NCBI RefSeq assembly: GCF_028641065.1
Contig: NC_073385.1
Location: 46,748,001-46,812,000 of the forward strand
Reading direction: 5' to 3'
Source: Leucoraja erinacea
Taxonomy: Eukaryota
Length of the DNA stretch: 64,000 nucleotides
The position numbers and the translations under genes are program-made. A model generated the notes under the pieces. It was not told where the DNA came from. It searched no databases and worked only from the letters and a program-made list of their open reading frames with translations. How positions within the stretch are numbered: position 1 is the first letter of the stretch; each line of letters begins with the position of its first letter. Positions 14,281 through 27,408 of this stretch are shown in pieces.

Positions 14281-15806
14281 AGACAAAAATGCTGGAGAAA
14301 CTCAGCGGGTGAGGCAGCATCTATGGAGCGAAGGAAATAGGCAACGTTTTGGGTTGAAAACCTTCTTCAGACTGTGAGGGTGGGGGGGGAATGGGAAGAA
14401 GAAATGAAGAGGTGGAGCAAGTCGGCTGAGGGAGAGCTGAGAAGGGGAGGAGAAAGTAGGGATTACCTGAAATTAGAGAAGTCAATGTTCATACCACTGG
14501 GGTGCAAACTGCCCAAGCGAAATATGAGGTGCTGCTCCTCCAATTTACGGTGGTCCTCACTCTGGCCATGGAGGAGGCCCAGGACAGAAAGGTCGGATTC
14601 AGAATGGGAGGGGGAGTTCAAGTGCTGAGCCACCAGGAGATCAGGTTGGTTATTGAGAACCGAGGGAAGGTGTTCGGCGAAGCAATCGCCAAGCCTACGC
14701 TTGGTCTCACCGATGTAGAGCAGCTGACATCTAGAGCAGCGGATGCAATAGCTGAGGTTGGAGGAGGTGCAGGTGAACCTCTGCCACACCTGGAAAGACT
14801 GCTTGGGTCCTTGAATAGAGTCAAGGGGGGAGGTAAAGCGGCAAGTGTCGCATTTCCTGCGGTTGCAAGGGAAAGTGCCCGAAGAGGGGGTGGCTCGGGT
14901 GGGAAGGGACGAATTGACCAGGGAGTTACGGAGGAAGCGGTGTCTGTGGAAAACAGACGGGGGAGGAGACAGGAAGATGTGGCAAGTGGTGGGATCACGT
15001 TGGAGGTGGCGAAAATGTCAGAGGATTATTTGTTGTAAATGACGGCTGGTAGGGTGGAAGGTGAGGACAAGGGGGATTCTGCCCTTGTTACGAGTGGGGG
15101 GATGGGGAGTGAGAGCAGAGTTATGGGGTATAGAAGAGACGGTGGTGAGAGCCTCATCTATAGTAGAAGAGGGGAACCCCCATTCCCTGAAGAATGAGGA
15201 CATCTCCGATGCCCTGGTGTGGAACATCTCATCCTGGGTGCAGATGCGGCGTAGACGGAGGAATTGGGAGTAGGGGATGGAGTCCTTACAGAAAGCAGGG
15301 TGGGAGGAAGTGTAGTCCAGATAGTCATGGGAGTCAGTGGGTTTATAGTGGATGTCGTTCAGTAGTCTATCACCTGTGATGGAGATAGTGAGGTCTAGAA
15401 ATGGTAGGGAAATGTTGGAAATGGTCCAGGAGTATTTGAGTGCCGGATGGAAGTTACTGGTGAAATGGATGAAGGCAGTGAGTTCTGTGTAGGTGCAGGA
15501 GGTAGCACCAATGCAGCTGTCGATGTAGCAGAGGTAGAGTTTGGGGATAGGGCCACGGTACGCCGAACAAGGATTGTTCGACTCTACAAAGAGGCAGGCA
15601 TAGCTAGGGCCCATGTGCGTGCCCATAGCTTGCCTTGTTTTTGGAGGAAATGGGAGGAGTCAAACGTAAAGTTATTAAGGGTAAGGACCAGCTCCGTTAG
15701 GCAGAGGAGAGTATCAGTAGACGGTGTTCTGCGGTCGAGGAAGAAACAGAGGGCTTTGAGACCGTCTACCATCGATTTTCCAACATCTGCAGTTTCTTCT
15801 TAAACA
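14281..15806 (-). mobile_element. Penelope-like element (RT C-terminus + GIY-YIG endonuclease), frameshifted
   Basis: MGTHMGPSYACLF RT motif; YCIRCSRC..YIGET GIY-YIG; exact 14-bp TSD ggttattctaagat at 14267 and 15807. Confidence 0.92.
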
Positions 15807-16571
15807 GGTTATTCTAAGATTCTGTTTTCTTTTTTTTTTTGTCATCCTTTGTAGGTTTCTAGGCAGCTGCTAATTTTTGCTACTTTAAAATGCCATTACA
15901 TTCAATGTTATGCCACTCTTCACTCTATTTGTTAATCAGAGATGGTTCACTCATTTAATAAAATATGTACTTTATATCTTTATTGCCTGTATTTGAATAT
16001 TATGTTATGATCACTCTTACCGAAAAGATGCCTTGCGATGAAATGGTTAATTAACCTTATCTCAATGGTCATGACCAGATCTAAAATGGCCTTGATTGAT
16101 TTCACGGCGTATTGATGCTAGAATCTGTGCTCTCTTCAAAGCCACCTATGCCCATTCGATTAGTTCAATCCAGATGAAGATTAGATATTGCATCCCTTAT
16201 TCATGCCCATATCTGATTTAGTGCATTTCACCTCTGGGCTTCTGAGACTTGTATGCTCTGTAAAATTGGTTCATCCAAACATCTGGCATCAAATCCCATT
16301 TGCCTTCACTGACCAGCATTTTACATCAAAGGGATCCTCAAGACTCTCAAACTTTTTCATTCCTTTTTTCTTGTTTTCTCCTCCTCAGATGTGCCTCACT
16401 GAATCTCCTCAAAAACTTTGTTACAGGTCTTTTCTGTCATGCAGACAAATAGCATTAGTGTGTAAATGCATAGCAGTCGATATGGACGAGATGGGCCAAA
16501 AGGGTCTGCTTATGTGTTGTACAATGCATTACATATGAAAGGAAATAATGACACTTAGTTTTCATTGTTAG

Positions 16572-16886
16572 TTCTAGGTTTACCTGACACGGTCGAGGAA
16601 GTGTGTCCAGAGGTACCTCATTTAGATGCATTAATAAAGGAGATCAATGAAACAGCAGAGTCTGGAGCAAGATACACAGAAATGCCTCATATAATTGAGG
16701 TGATTTTGCCCATGTTGTGTAATTATCTGTCTTATTGGTGGGAGCGAGGCCCAGAGAACAAACCCAGTGGGGACTGCTGCACTATCGTCACCTCTGAACA
16801 TCTTAGTGCAATTTTGGGCAATGTCCTGAAAATCTTAAACAATAACCTGGGCATTGATGATGCTTCCTGGATGAAGAGACTTGCAG
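16572..16886 (+). CDS. RYR3: RYR3 exon, 315 nt (I)[12 protein letters not shown]...[10 protein letters not shown]
   Basis: ttgttag|TT, G|gtaaga; ORF 16565..16924. Confidence 0.96.
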
Positions 16887-17611
16887 GTAAGAATGCAGTA
16901 TATTTTCAAGACAGATTTTGCTAATAGTATCCCACTTCATACTTGTGGAACCAAAATATCTATTTTGCCTCGATGAACCTATAAATGCATGTGCATAAAA
17001 TATTATATAATATCCAAGTCAAATTACACCATTTTGTGCTGATGGGATACGGTTGGACTCCATTTCGAAACTGAAGCATAGCAAACTAGACAGAGTGTGT
17101 GCTATGCTGTAATGATTTTTTGAATGCCAATGACATTCTAAATGTTTTCACAATCAATTAATTAGGTGGATTGAAAAACAAACACTATTTAATCCATTGG
17201 ACCAGTTTCACTATTTAATTGTATGATGGCTAATTTGTACCTTGACTCCATCTTTGCAGCCTTCTGTTCATAATTTAGAAGCAATTTTTAACAGAAAACT
17301 TTCATGGCCTTATAAAAACAGGCTGGTAATTTTTCAGTTGCACTAACTGAAGTTATATGAGGATGATAATTCCAGATTTTCAGTTCCTCTTGTGAGGAGA
17401 GCGCCTTCATGACATCATTCCTGAATGATCTAGCAGAGAAAGTGGTGGTCTGGATTATGGGATCTGTAGTGAAGCAACAGGGCTTGAATGAAACTGTAAC
17501 CAAAATATAGTTATCTCTCTGGCATTGGCTTCCCCTTTATTGCCTGGTTCAACAAGTCCTCTGGTGCATAGCAATCCCTGGCAGTTGGAGAAAAGGTGGA
17601 GGCTGGTTGTC

Positions 17612-17780
17612 TGGATACTTTCAGGAGAGAGCTAGATAGGGCTCTTAAAGATAGAGGAGTTGGGGGATATGGGATGAAGGCAGGAATGGGGTACTGATTG
17701 GGGATGATCAGCCATAATCACATTGAATGGCGGTGCTAGCTCGAAGGGTCGATGGCCTACTCCTGCACCTATTGTCTATA
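17612..17780 (+). mobile_element. CR1-like 3' end
   Basis: Same tail as 13075-13222. Confidence 0.75.
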
Positions 17781-18117
17781 ACGTTTAGCAGATTATCAGG
17801 CCAATTAAAAAAATAACAACCTCCAAAGATCCTTATTTGCAGCACCACAGCTGAAATATGACTTGAGTAGTTCAGTCTCATACTAGAAGATGACGATTTG
17901 TAACAAACAAAAGTGCATTATGCCTGAACAAGCATTGCACACTTTGTTTGCCGGCTGCCACTATATTACATATTGGATGATTTTGCTGTAGTATGTGAGA
18001 TATATGAGGCATGATATTGCATGATGCATACAGTTAATTGGAAAGACATTGCACAAAATGATTGCAACCTATGCTCTATGTTAAAATGCCAGTTCTATTT
18101 CTCTTTGAATTCTCCAG

Positions 18118-18358
18118 TGTATGCTCAGCCAATTATCAGCAAAGCTAAGCCTGATTTGCTGAGAAACCAATTCATTCCAACATTGGAAAAGCTGAAAAAG
18201 AAAGCAATAAAGGTTGTACAGGAGGAAGAACAAATGAAAGCAGAGTGCAAGGTGGATTTCCAGGAAACTGAGTTACTAATCCTTGATGAATTTGCTGTTC
18301 TCTGCCGAGATCTCTATTCCTTCTATCCAATATTGATCCGCTTTGTGGATTATAACAG
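18118..18358 (+). CDS. RYR3: RYR3 exon, 241 nt (V)[11 protein letters not shown]...LIRFVDYN(R)
   Basis: tctccag|TG, AG|gtaaaa. Confidence 0.96.
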
Positions 18359-18426
18359 GTAAAATTACCAACATGTTTATTATGTACCAAATTCTTACAA
18401 ATGTTTATCTTGTTAAAGATGATTCT

Positions 18427-20669
18427 TTACTACTTTACGATAGACCTACGGCAAGAATATTAACTAACAATATGATATCTCCAAAATTTTACTTATCAAG
18501 GGGTAATAGGCAAGGTTGTGCCTTATCACCATTGCTATTTGCCCTTATGATGGAACCGCTGGCCGAAAAGATTAGAAATCACCCGAATATTCACGGATAT
18601 AACACTAAGGACTAAAAGAATAAAATTTCATTATACGCTGATGATATCCTTTTATATATTACTAATACACAAATGAGTATGCCCACCTTATTAACACTAA
18701 TTGAGGAATTCGGCTCTTTTTCAGGATATAGAATAAATTGGAATAAAAGCGAAATTATGTCTTTAAAACCACAGGATTCGAGACACTTACTAAAATTCCC
18801 CTTCAAAATTGCAACAGAAAAATTCAAGTACCTGGGTATTCAAATTACGAGAAGACACAAATCATTATTTAATGCCAATTTTTTGCCACTATTAAATAAA
18901 CTGAATGATATGATTAAATTTTGGAAAATGCTCCCGCTCTCATTGATAGGTAGAATTAACGCTATAAAAATGACTTTCTTACCACAATTAATATATTTGT
19001 TTCAAGCGATCCCAATATATATTCCAAAATACTTTTTCAAAAAACTAGGTTCTACTATCACTAATTTTATATGGGATTACAGAGCACACAGAATTCAACA
19101 AAAGCATTTGTGTAAACCTAAAGAAGTTGGGGGTTTATCATGACCTAACTTTATGTATTACTACTGGGCAGTGCATATTAAGAACATAATGTACTGGGTG
19201 GATAGTTCCACTCAGCAGTTGGAGTGGATAAGAATGGGGAAAGAGGAGTGCTATCCGCACGATATAGGAACGATCTTGCTCTCACCGATTAAATTGAATA
19301 GTATAATATATAAGAAAAACCCAATTATTCACAATGCAATAAGAATTTGGAAACAAATAAAAGTATCCTTGAAATTAAATAATCTATCAGTACTAACCCC
19401 ACTATTGAACAATCCCGCATTCAAACCATCTCTCATCGACAAAACATATCAACAATGGGATAGACTGGGGATTAGGAAAGTAGGGGATATGTATGAATTG
19501 GGCAAACTGTTATCATTTCAACATTTAAAATTAAAATTTAAACTGAAGTATAATCAATATTTTAAATATATACAGATATGTGACTTTATGAAGAAATATA
19601 CACATAGATTTCAAACTATATTTTTAGACCCTTTAGAAGAAGCAATGAATATTAAGGCTGATTCAGAAAAACTAATATCATACTTTTATAATAATAAATA
19701 GAGAATTGCCCTCAACAGAAGCACTAAGAGAAGATTGGGAACAAGAGCTAATGATAAAGATCTCGAAGAATAGATGGGAAAAGTATCTGATGAACACACA
19801 TAATTGTTCTATTAATGCAAGACATAATTTAATTCAATTCAAATTATTATATAGACTATATTATTCAAAAACAAAGTTGAATAAATTTTATCCAACGTCT
19901 CTCCCAGATGCGATAAATGTTTGTTTCAAAACGCTAATATAACACATTCATTTGTAGGATGTACAAAGTTGAATAAATTTTGGAGCGATATATTTGATAT
20001 ATTTACAAAGCTTTTCACGTCGAGAATAAAACCTAAAACCGAATGGATTATATTTGGAATAATAGTAGAAGATATCAATTTAAATAAAGACCAAAACGTT
20101 TTTTTAAATTATGGGTTAATAATTAGAAAGAAATTGATACTTAAATTTTGGAAAAATACAACCATACCAACTGTTAAAATGTGGATTAGGAATATGATGG
20201 ACATAGCACGCCTTGAAGAAATGGGACTCCGACTAATAGATAAATATGACCGATTCTTAAGGAGGTGGTCTCCTTTCATCGACTTTTTGGAATCATGTGA
20301 TGCAGCGGTACCGTAAAGATTACTGATTTCAGTTCATGCCGTGGATAGATCTACATCTCCGAATAAATATTTGAAAATTTCTCTTTTAAGGGGCCTTCTC
20401 TCCTATTTCTACTTTCCACTTTTTCTTTTTTTTTTATATACACACTTCACGTTTTTCTATTCTCTACCATCTATTTTTCCGCTTTTTCCCCTCTCTATTG
20501 TTTTCTTTTTCTTGTCCTGCTTACTTCCTTCTCAAAACATAAAACTAGAGGTTGTACATAGAATGGATTACGGTATGACATAGTTGGCACCTAAAATTAG
20601 GTTCCACTGTACTGTTTTGTACTGCATTAACTTCTAATAAAATAAACAAAAAAACAAACAAAAAAAAAA
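18427..20669 (+). mobile_element. 5'-truncated L1/Tx1-clade LINE (ORF2 RT, YADD, C-terminal CCHC, 3'UTR, poly-A)
   Basis: [30 protein letters not shown]; poly-A tail; TSD atgattct at 18419 and 20670; few stops or frameshifts. Confidence 0.93.
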
Positions 20670-20981
20670 ATGATTCTGAACAATTAAGCACTTCATACAC
20701 ATGAAGCACATTTCTCTCCTGATGCTCCTCAGCCCACTTTGATAAATGGGTATGCTGATGATGCCACCTCCACTTCTTTCACACTTCTTCCCCCGACTAC
20801 AATCAGTCTGAAGAAGGGTCCCGATCAAAAACGTCGCCTATCCAATTTCCTCTATAGATGCTGCCTGACTTGCTGAGCTACTCCAGCACTTAGTGTTTTA
20901 CTTTCTGCTATTTGTTTACTGTGTATCTTAAAGCTGTATATTGTTTCTCCATGATTCTATCATTGTGATTTATTTTTCTAG

Positions 20982-21069
20982 GGCAAGATGGTTAAAGGAG
21001 CCAAATGCAGATGCTGATGAACTGTTCCGTATGGTGGCTGAAATTTTTATCTTGTGGTGTAAATCGCAC
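20982..21069 (+). CDS. RYR3: RYR3 exon, 88 nt [29 protein letters not shown]
   Basis: tttctag|G, CAC|gtaagg. Confidence 0.95.
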
Positions 21070-21119
21070 GTAAGGAATTGATTCACAAACAGATCTAAAA
21101 GATAATTGTAATAATGCTT

Positions 21120-21590
21120 ATACAATGTGGAAACAGGCCCTTTGGCCCAACTTGCCCACACCGACTAACATGTCCCATCTACACTAGTTCCACCTGCTTA
21201 TGTAGGCCCAAATCCCTCCAAACCTCTCCTATCCATGTACCTTTCTAATTATTTCTTAAACGTCGCAATAGTCCCTGCCTCAACTATCCCTAATGCAGCT
21301 TGTTCCAAATGCCCACCACCCGTTGTGTGAAAAAGTGACCCCTCAAATTCTTATTAAATCTTTCCCCCTTCAACCTAAATCTCTGTTTTCTGGTTCTCGA
21401 TTCCCCTACTCTGGGCAAGAGACTCTGTGTGTCTACCCAATCTGTTCCCCTCATGATTTTATATACCTCTATAAGATCATCCTCCTGGGCTCCAAGGAAT
21501 AGAGTCCCAGCTTGCTCAACTTCCTGTAGTTAAGACCCTCAAGTCCTGGCAACATTCTCATAAATCTTCTCTGTACCTTTTCCAACTTGT
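21120..21590 (-). mobile_element. CR1-like LINE 3' fragment
   Basis: Reverse of the CR1 tail and RT end. Confidence 0.8.
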
Positions 21591-21599
21591 CAGACCCCC

Positions 21600-22100
21600 T
21601 TTCATTAAAATAAGTGCAATTCAAACCAGCATTATTCCTTTCTCCTTCCTATGCTATCCTCTATACTTTCTCTCATCACCCTCCATACTATCTTCTAACC
21701 TCTCAACTGTCTTGGTCATGTATTAGATCCCACTCCCCTGCTAATATAGGTTAAATCCATCCATGTAACATTAGCGAACCTGCCTGCCAGGATATTGGTA
21801 CCCCTCTAGCTAAGGTGCAACCCATCTCTCTCGTACAGGTAACGCCTGCCCAAGAGGAGATCCCAATGGTCGAGAAATTTGAATCCTTGTCCCCTGCACC
21901 AACTCGTCAACCACACATTCATCTCCACTATCTTCTTGTTCTTACCTTCGCTAGTAAGTGGCACTGGAAGCAATTCCGAGATCACTACCCTGGAGGTCCT
22001 AATTTTCAGCTTTTTACGTAACTCTCTTTCCATACTGCTGAACCTCCTTCCTTTTCTTATCTATATAATTTGGGCCAACATGCAGAACGACTTCCAGCTG
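21600..22100 (-). mobile_element. CR1 ORF1 fragment (SGNH/GDSL esterase-like)
   Basis: ORF 21806..22033 VVISELLPVP..WCRGQGFKFLDHW..DGLHL. Confidence 0.8.
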
Positions 22101-22553
22101 CTCCCTCTTTTTAATTCTGGTCAGAGACCTCATTCAAATGAGTGGGGATATGCTTCACACGCCAGTCTTCGCTGGTGAAAAGTTGACCTGATGCAAAATA
22201 CATCCTGCCCCTGAGTCCACTTAACAGACTTGATGTGCCCATAGAATGGCCATAGCGGCATTCAGTATAATCCAGGTGGTCAGTATGTCTATTGACTTAA
22301 TTTTAAACTATTTTTTCTGTCAAAAAAAGGCAATGTAGCATTCCCTTCACATAAGGTCTGGAGTTTACAAGTCGTGGGTTTTGGTTGTTACGAACAGCTT
22401 TTATTGGGGAAAAAAAATGCGGAAAATATGTGAATGGGTCTATTGGACAGACTCACAATTCTGATACATTACCTGACAATGTAGAATTGTTATTGTTAGA
22501 GTTATTGTAGGTCTTTGGGCTAACCTTTGTGCTTGTCGCTCGCTGTTCCACAG

Positions 22554-22646
22554 AATTTCAAACGAGAGGAGCAGAATTTTGTGATTCAGAATGAAATCAA
22601 CAACATGGCTTTCCTGACTGCAGATAATAAAAGCAAGATGTCTAAG
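22554..22646 (+). CDS. RYR3: RYR3 exon, 93 nt [31 protein letters not shown]
   Basis: ccacag|AAT, AAG|gtaaat. Confidence 0.96.
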
Positions 22647-22909
22647 GTAAATGTCAATTGCAGGATCCTTCACTTGCTGGATATATACCGGGATTTAATA
22701 TGTTACACTATTTTGAAGTGAGGTATTTCAAAATCACAATGCAGTAAGCCCTTGTCTTAACAGACCTCATGATTTGGTTATAGTGGACTAACCTACTGAC
22801 AGCTGCCCATGCCACCCCTGGCTTGCACTGTGCCCCCCCCCCCGGCTAGTAGTGCCAGCCGCCCACACCACCCTAGCTCATGCCGCCTACCCAGCCGTTC
22901 ACAAATGGA

Positions 22910-23660
22910 ATTCGACCACAAGTGTGAAGTGATCGAATGTAAGGGGAAAATATGCAATTAATAACATGATCCATAACAGCATTGATGTTTAAAGTGATAT
23001 TGGGGTCCATAACTCCCTGAAAGTGATAAAATAAATACATAAAGTGGTGAAGAATGCATATTGTATGTTTGGCTTCATAGGTTGGGGCATTGAGTATAAG
23101 AGTCAGGAAACCATGACGCACCTTTATAGGACGTTGATTAGGCAACATTTGCAGTATGGCATGAGGTTCTGGTCGCCCCATTACATGAAGGCTTTGGAAA
23201 GGATGCAGAGGAGGTTTACTAGAATAATGCCTGGATTAGGGGGTATTAACTTCAAGGAGAGGTTGAACAGATCGTTTTCTCTAGAATGCCAGAGGATGTG
23301 GGGAGGCCTGATAGAAGTATATAAAATTATGAGCAGAATAGAGAGGTAGACAGTCAATACTTTTTTCCAAGGCTGGTAATATATACAAGAGAGCATAGAT
23401 TTAAGGAGAGAGGGGCAAAGTTTAAAGGAGAAATGTGTGGGGCACAAAGGGCAGTTAGTGCCTGGATGCACTGCTGGGGGTGGTGGTTGAGGAAAATATG
23501 ATAGTAGCATTTAAGAGACTTTTGGAAAGACATCTGGATATACAAAGAATAGGGGGATATGGATTATTTGCAGTCGGATAAGTGTTAATTATGGCATTAT
23601 GTTTGGCACAGACATGTGCGTCGAAGGGCCTGTTCTTGTGCTGTGTCTTTCTATATTCTA
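22910..23660 (+). mobile_element. Degraded CR1-like LINE
   Basis: ORF 23044..23349 LYRTLIRQHLQYGMRFWSP. Confidence 0.8.
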
Positions 23661-24069
23661 TCATCTTCCAGCCTCTGTTGCTATCTCAACCCTTCGCAAC
23701 CCACCTCACATGAAACTAGTGTACAAAATGGAAGATAATGCAGGTCAGAAAGACGTAAATGTATGGAATCCAAGGGAAAACAAACAACATGGAAATCAAG
23801 TCTGTAACTGATGTTGCAGATCAGCCATAATCTGATCAAATGGTGGATTTTCTCAAGGAGGCAGATGATCTGCTTATGTTCTTATTTATTATTCTCAAAA
23901 ACTGGTGAAATGAGCAGTTAAATAGCATGAATTTTAATACAGAAATATGAAATCATAGTTTGGTGATGAGAATGAGAAAATGCATTATAAACCAAGTTAT
24001 ATAATTATTTTTGTAGACTCTAGAAAAGACCTCAGTAATGATTAGCAATCAGAAAACTCAGATTTAAGA

Positions 24070-24278
24070 TCATAGAAACATAGAAAATAGGTGCAGGAGG
24101 AGGCCATTCGGCCTTTTGAGCCAATGCCGCCATTCATTGTGATCATGGCTGATTGTCCCTAATCAATAACCCGTGCCTGCCTTCTCCCCATATCCCTTGA
24201 TTCTACTAACTCCTAGAGCTCTATCTAACTCTCTCTTAAATCCATCCAGTGACTTGGCCTCCACTGCCCTCTGTGGCT
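24070..24278 (-). mobile_element. CR1-like 3' end abutting the Gypsy fragment
   Basis: Reverse of the 13040-13222 tail. Confidence 0.8.
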
Positions 24279-26560
24279 GTGGAGGCCAAGGGTGGTACGC
24301 CTGGGACCGGCGCTCGGGGCGTAGGTTCCTGGTGGACACTGGAACGGAGGTTAGTGTTTCGCCTCCCTCCAGAGCAGACACACAGGCCCCCTCTTGACTG
24401 CAGCGAACGGGAGCCCCATCTGCACCTACGCCGTCTGTACCATCCCCATCATATTGGGCGCGTGCCATTTCACCTGGCATTTTGTTGTCGCAGTCGTGGG
24501 CGCAGATTTCTTGTGGGCGCAAGAGCTTCTAGTGGATGTGAAGGGCCAGCACCTTGTCAACGTGAAATCGTTGGAGGCGATTTCCTTGTGCCCTACTACA
24601 GTGGCAGCATTGGACAATGTCTACACCCAGGTTCTGGCTGAGTTTCCGGACTTTGCCAGCCCGAAACATGGGATCGAGCACCACATCCTCACCTCGGGCC
24701 CACCGCTCCACGCCCACACCATCAGGCTTGCCCCCGACAAGCTTCAGATGGCCAAGGCGGAGTTTCGCAACTTGGAGGCCACGGGCATCGTCCGGCGCTC
24801 CAACAGCCCATGGCCCTCCCCGCTTCACATGTTGCCGAAGGCTTCTGGGGCTGGCGGCCTTGTGGGGACTATCGCCGCCATAATCAGGCTATAACTGCTG
24901 ACCGGTACCCGATTCCCCACATTCAAGGCTTCACAGCCCAGCTGGCCGGGGCTATGGTTTTCTCGAAGTTCGACTTAGTCCGCAGGTACCACCAAATCTC
25001 CATGCGATCGGAGGATGTCCCTAAAATGTCCTGATCATCGCCCCGTTTGGGTTGTTTGAATTCCTGGTGATGCCCTTTGGCCTCAAGAATGCCGTGCAGG
25101 CTTTCCAGCGCCTCATGGACACCGTGGGTCGAGGGTTGGATTTCATCTTCTTTTATTTGGACGACATCCAAGTGGTGAGTCACACATGGCAGGAACACTG
25201 CGCCTACCTTCGATTGTTGTGCCAGCGCCTTTGCGAGCATGGCCTGATGGTCAACCTCAGTATGTGCCAGTTCGGCCTCCGGGCCATTGAATTTCTAGGG
25301 CACGGGTGACATTGCATGGAGCAGTGCCTCTGTCTGACAGGTTTGAGGCCATACGCCGGTTCCCGCGGCCTTCCACAGTGCGAGGAGGTCCATTGGGACA
25401 CTGTCGCTGTGGCAGTGTTCGAAGCGGCAAACGATGCCCTGGCTCGGGTGGTCATGCTGGTTCACCCGCAAGCAGACGCACTCACTGCTCTTACCGTGGA
25501 TGCCTCGGACTCGGCGGGGTCCTGGAGCAGTGCTTCGACGGTCAATGGCGGCCTCTCGCATTCTTCAGCTGACAGCTGAACCCAGCGAAGTGTCTTGGGA
25601 CCGGGAGTTGCTCACCTTACATCTCGCGGTGCGGCATTTCCGGTACTTCTCGGAGGGCTGGCACTTCGTGGCCTTCACGGACCATAAGCCCCTTACATTC
25701 ACGTTCGCCAAGGTCTCGGATCCTTGGTCCGCCCGCTAGCAGCACCAGCTGACAGCCATATCGGAATACACCACCGACGTCCGGCACATCGCCGGTAAAT
25801 GCAACCCGGTGGTGGACGCCTTGTCCATGGAGATTGCAGCCGTGCTCAACTCAGCCGTCGGGATAGACTACTACGCCTTGGCAGCAGCACAGCTGACGGA
25901 CGAGGAAATGCCAGCTTACCGCACCGAGATCTCCGGATTGGTGCTAGAAGATGTGCCGTTGGGTCCCTCGGGTGGTTCCATTTTATGCGATGTGTCCACA
26001 GGATAGCCGCGGCCAGTTGTCCCGCCGCGGCCTGGCACCATCGGGTTTTCGAGGTGATCCACGGTCTGCCCCACCCGTCGATCCAGGCCACTGTTGCCAT
26101 GGTGGCGGCAAGGTTCATCTGGCACGGTCTGCGGAAACAGATTGGTCGCTGGGCACGGGCATGCATCCCGTGCCAGTCGTCCAAGATGCATCAGCACGTC
26201 CTTGCACCCATACAGGATATCTCGGTGCCACACCAGCAGTTCGACCACATGCACGTGGACATCGTGGGGCCGCTGTCGCCATCCCGGGGTGTTACATCTA
26301 CTGACGGTGGTAGATAGTTTTACGCGGTGGCCAGAGGCCATACCGCTCGTAAACACTTCCGCCCAGATGTATTCTCGGGCCCTGGTGGAAAATTAGATTG
26401 CCCACTTCGGGGTTCCCCCTGGACATCACTTCGGTCAGGGGCCCCCAGTTCACATCCGAGCTGTGGTCCGCGATGGCTCGCCTGCTGGGGACGCAGCTCC
26501 ACCATTCGACAGCATACCATCCCCCAGTCAAATGGGTTGGTAGAGCGATTCCAGGCACGA
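24279..26560 (+). mobile_element. Ty3/Gypsy pol pseudogene (protease-RT-RNaseH-integrase), no LTRs seen
   Basis: FLVDTG, MPFGLKNA, YLDD, TDHKPL, H.LPHP..C.PC and HVDIVGPL motifs in PR-RT-RH-IN order; many frameshifts; GC-rich. Confidence 0.92.
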
Positions 26561-26689
26561 CTCCAGGCCTCAGATCTGCCACCGCCTGGGATCCTGTCCA
26601 GGCCCCGACAGCGGACGTGGCCAATCAGTGCCATGTCCCGGCGACGCCCCTTCCTGACTGACAGAAGAGGAGACCAATCTGCATGGCGG

Positions 26690-26925
26690 TGACTGACAGG
26701 AATCTGCGCATGTGCTTTTTTTACGATTTTTAAACCTTAATAACTTTTACAATATATTATCAATTGGAATGAAACTTGTTGCACTCGCAGCACAGGTGAA
26801 CGGTGAGTAAGCTGGCCAAAAAAAATCGTAATGCTATCACGTACCATTTTTGTGCAAATAGAAAAACCGCGCAAACCGGAAGAGCACAAGATCATTGTTT
26901 TAGTTATGTATAGAAGATAGATAGA
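26690..26925. mobile_element. Probable non-autonomous DNA element end (Helitron/Helentron-like)
   Basis: CpG-rich, subterminal imperfect hairpin near 26843-26879, ends ttttagttatgtataga; family recognition only. Confidence 0.35.
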
Positions 26926-27408
26926 TTCCTGAACTGATAAAGAATGGCTGGTCAGGGGAACTAACTGACTATTTCTACTTATGGATGCAAGTGCCAGCAT
27001 TACAGAATATCACATTCAGGAAAGAAAAGAAACATTTTGGAGTGGGTGGAGAGATTTGTGGATTTGTGATTTTTTTTTAAGCATTCTGAATTTGGTGTGT
27101 GTCGGAAGGCACTGCAGATGTTGGTTTAAACCAAAGATAGACTCAAAATGCTGGAGCAACTCAGCGGGACAGCCAGCTTCTCTGGAGAGAAGAAATGGGT
27201 GATGTTTTGGGTTGAGTCCCTTCTTCAGACTCTCATTTTGTGTCCATCCTGAATTTTGTGTGTGGTTGGAGTTCAGAACATGGGATACATTGCTAAGCCA
27301 TTTTGCCAGTAACACACAGCACTTACTAAACAGCATAACCTATTATTTTTGGTGAAATATTATTCATGCAATCTATTGTATTGTTGTTAACAATTTATTT
27401 TATATTAG

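Noticed and set aside
14374-15803. Long plus-strand ORFs (e.g. 14502..15038)
   Set aside because: Antisense shadows of the GC-rich Penelope ORF
23735-23752. ATAATGCAGGTCAGAAAG encodes IMQVRK, reminiscent of the AMQVK microexon
   Set aside because: No pyrimidine tract and no GT at +15 or +18; likely chance
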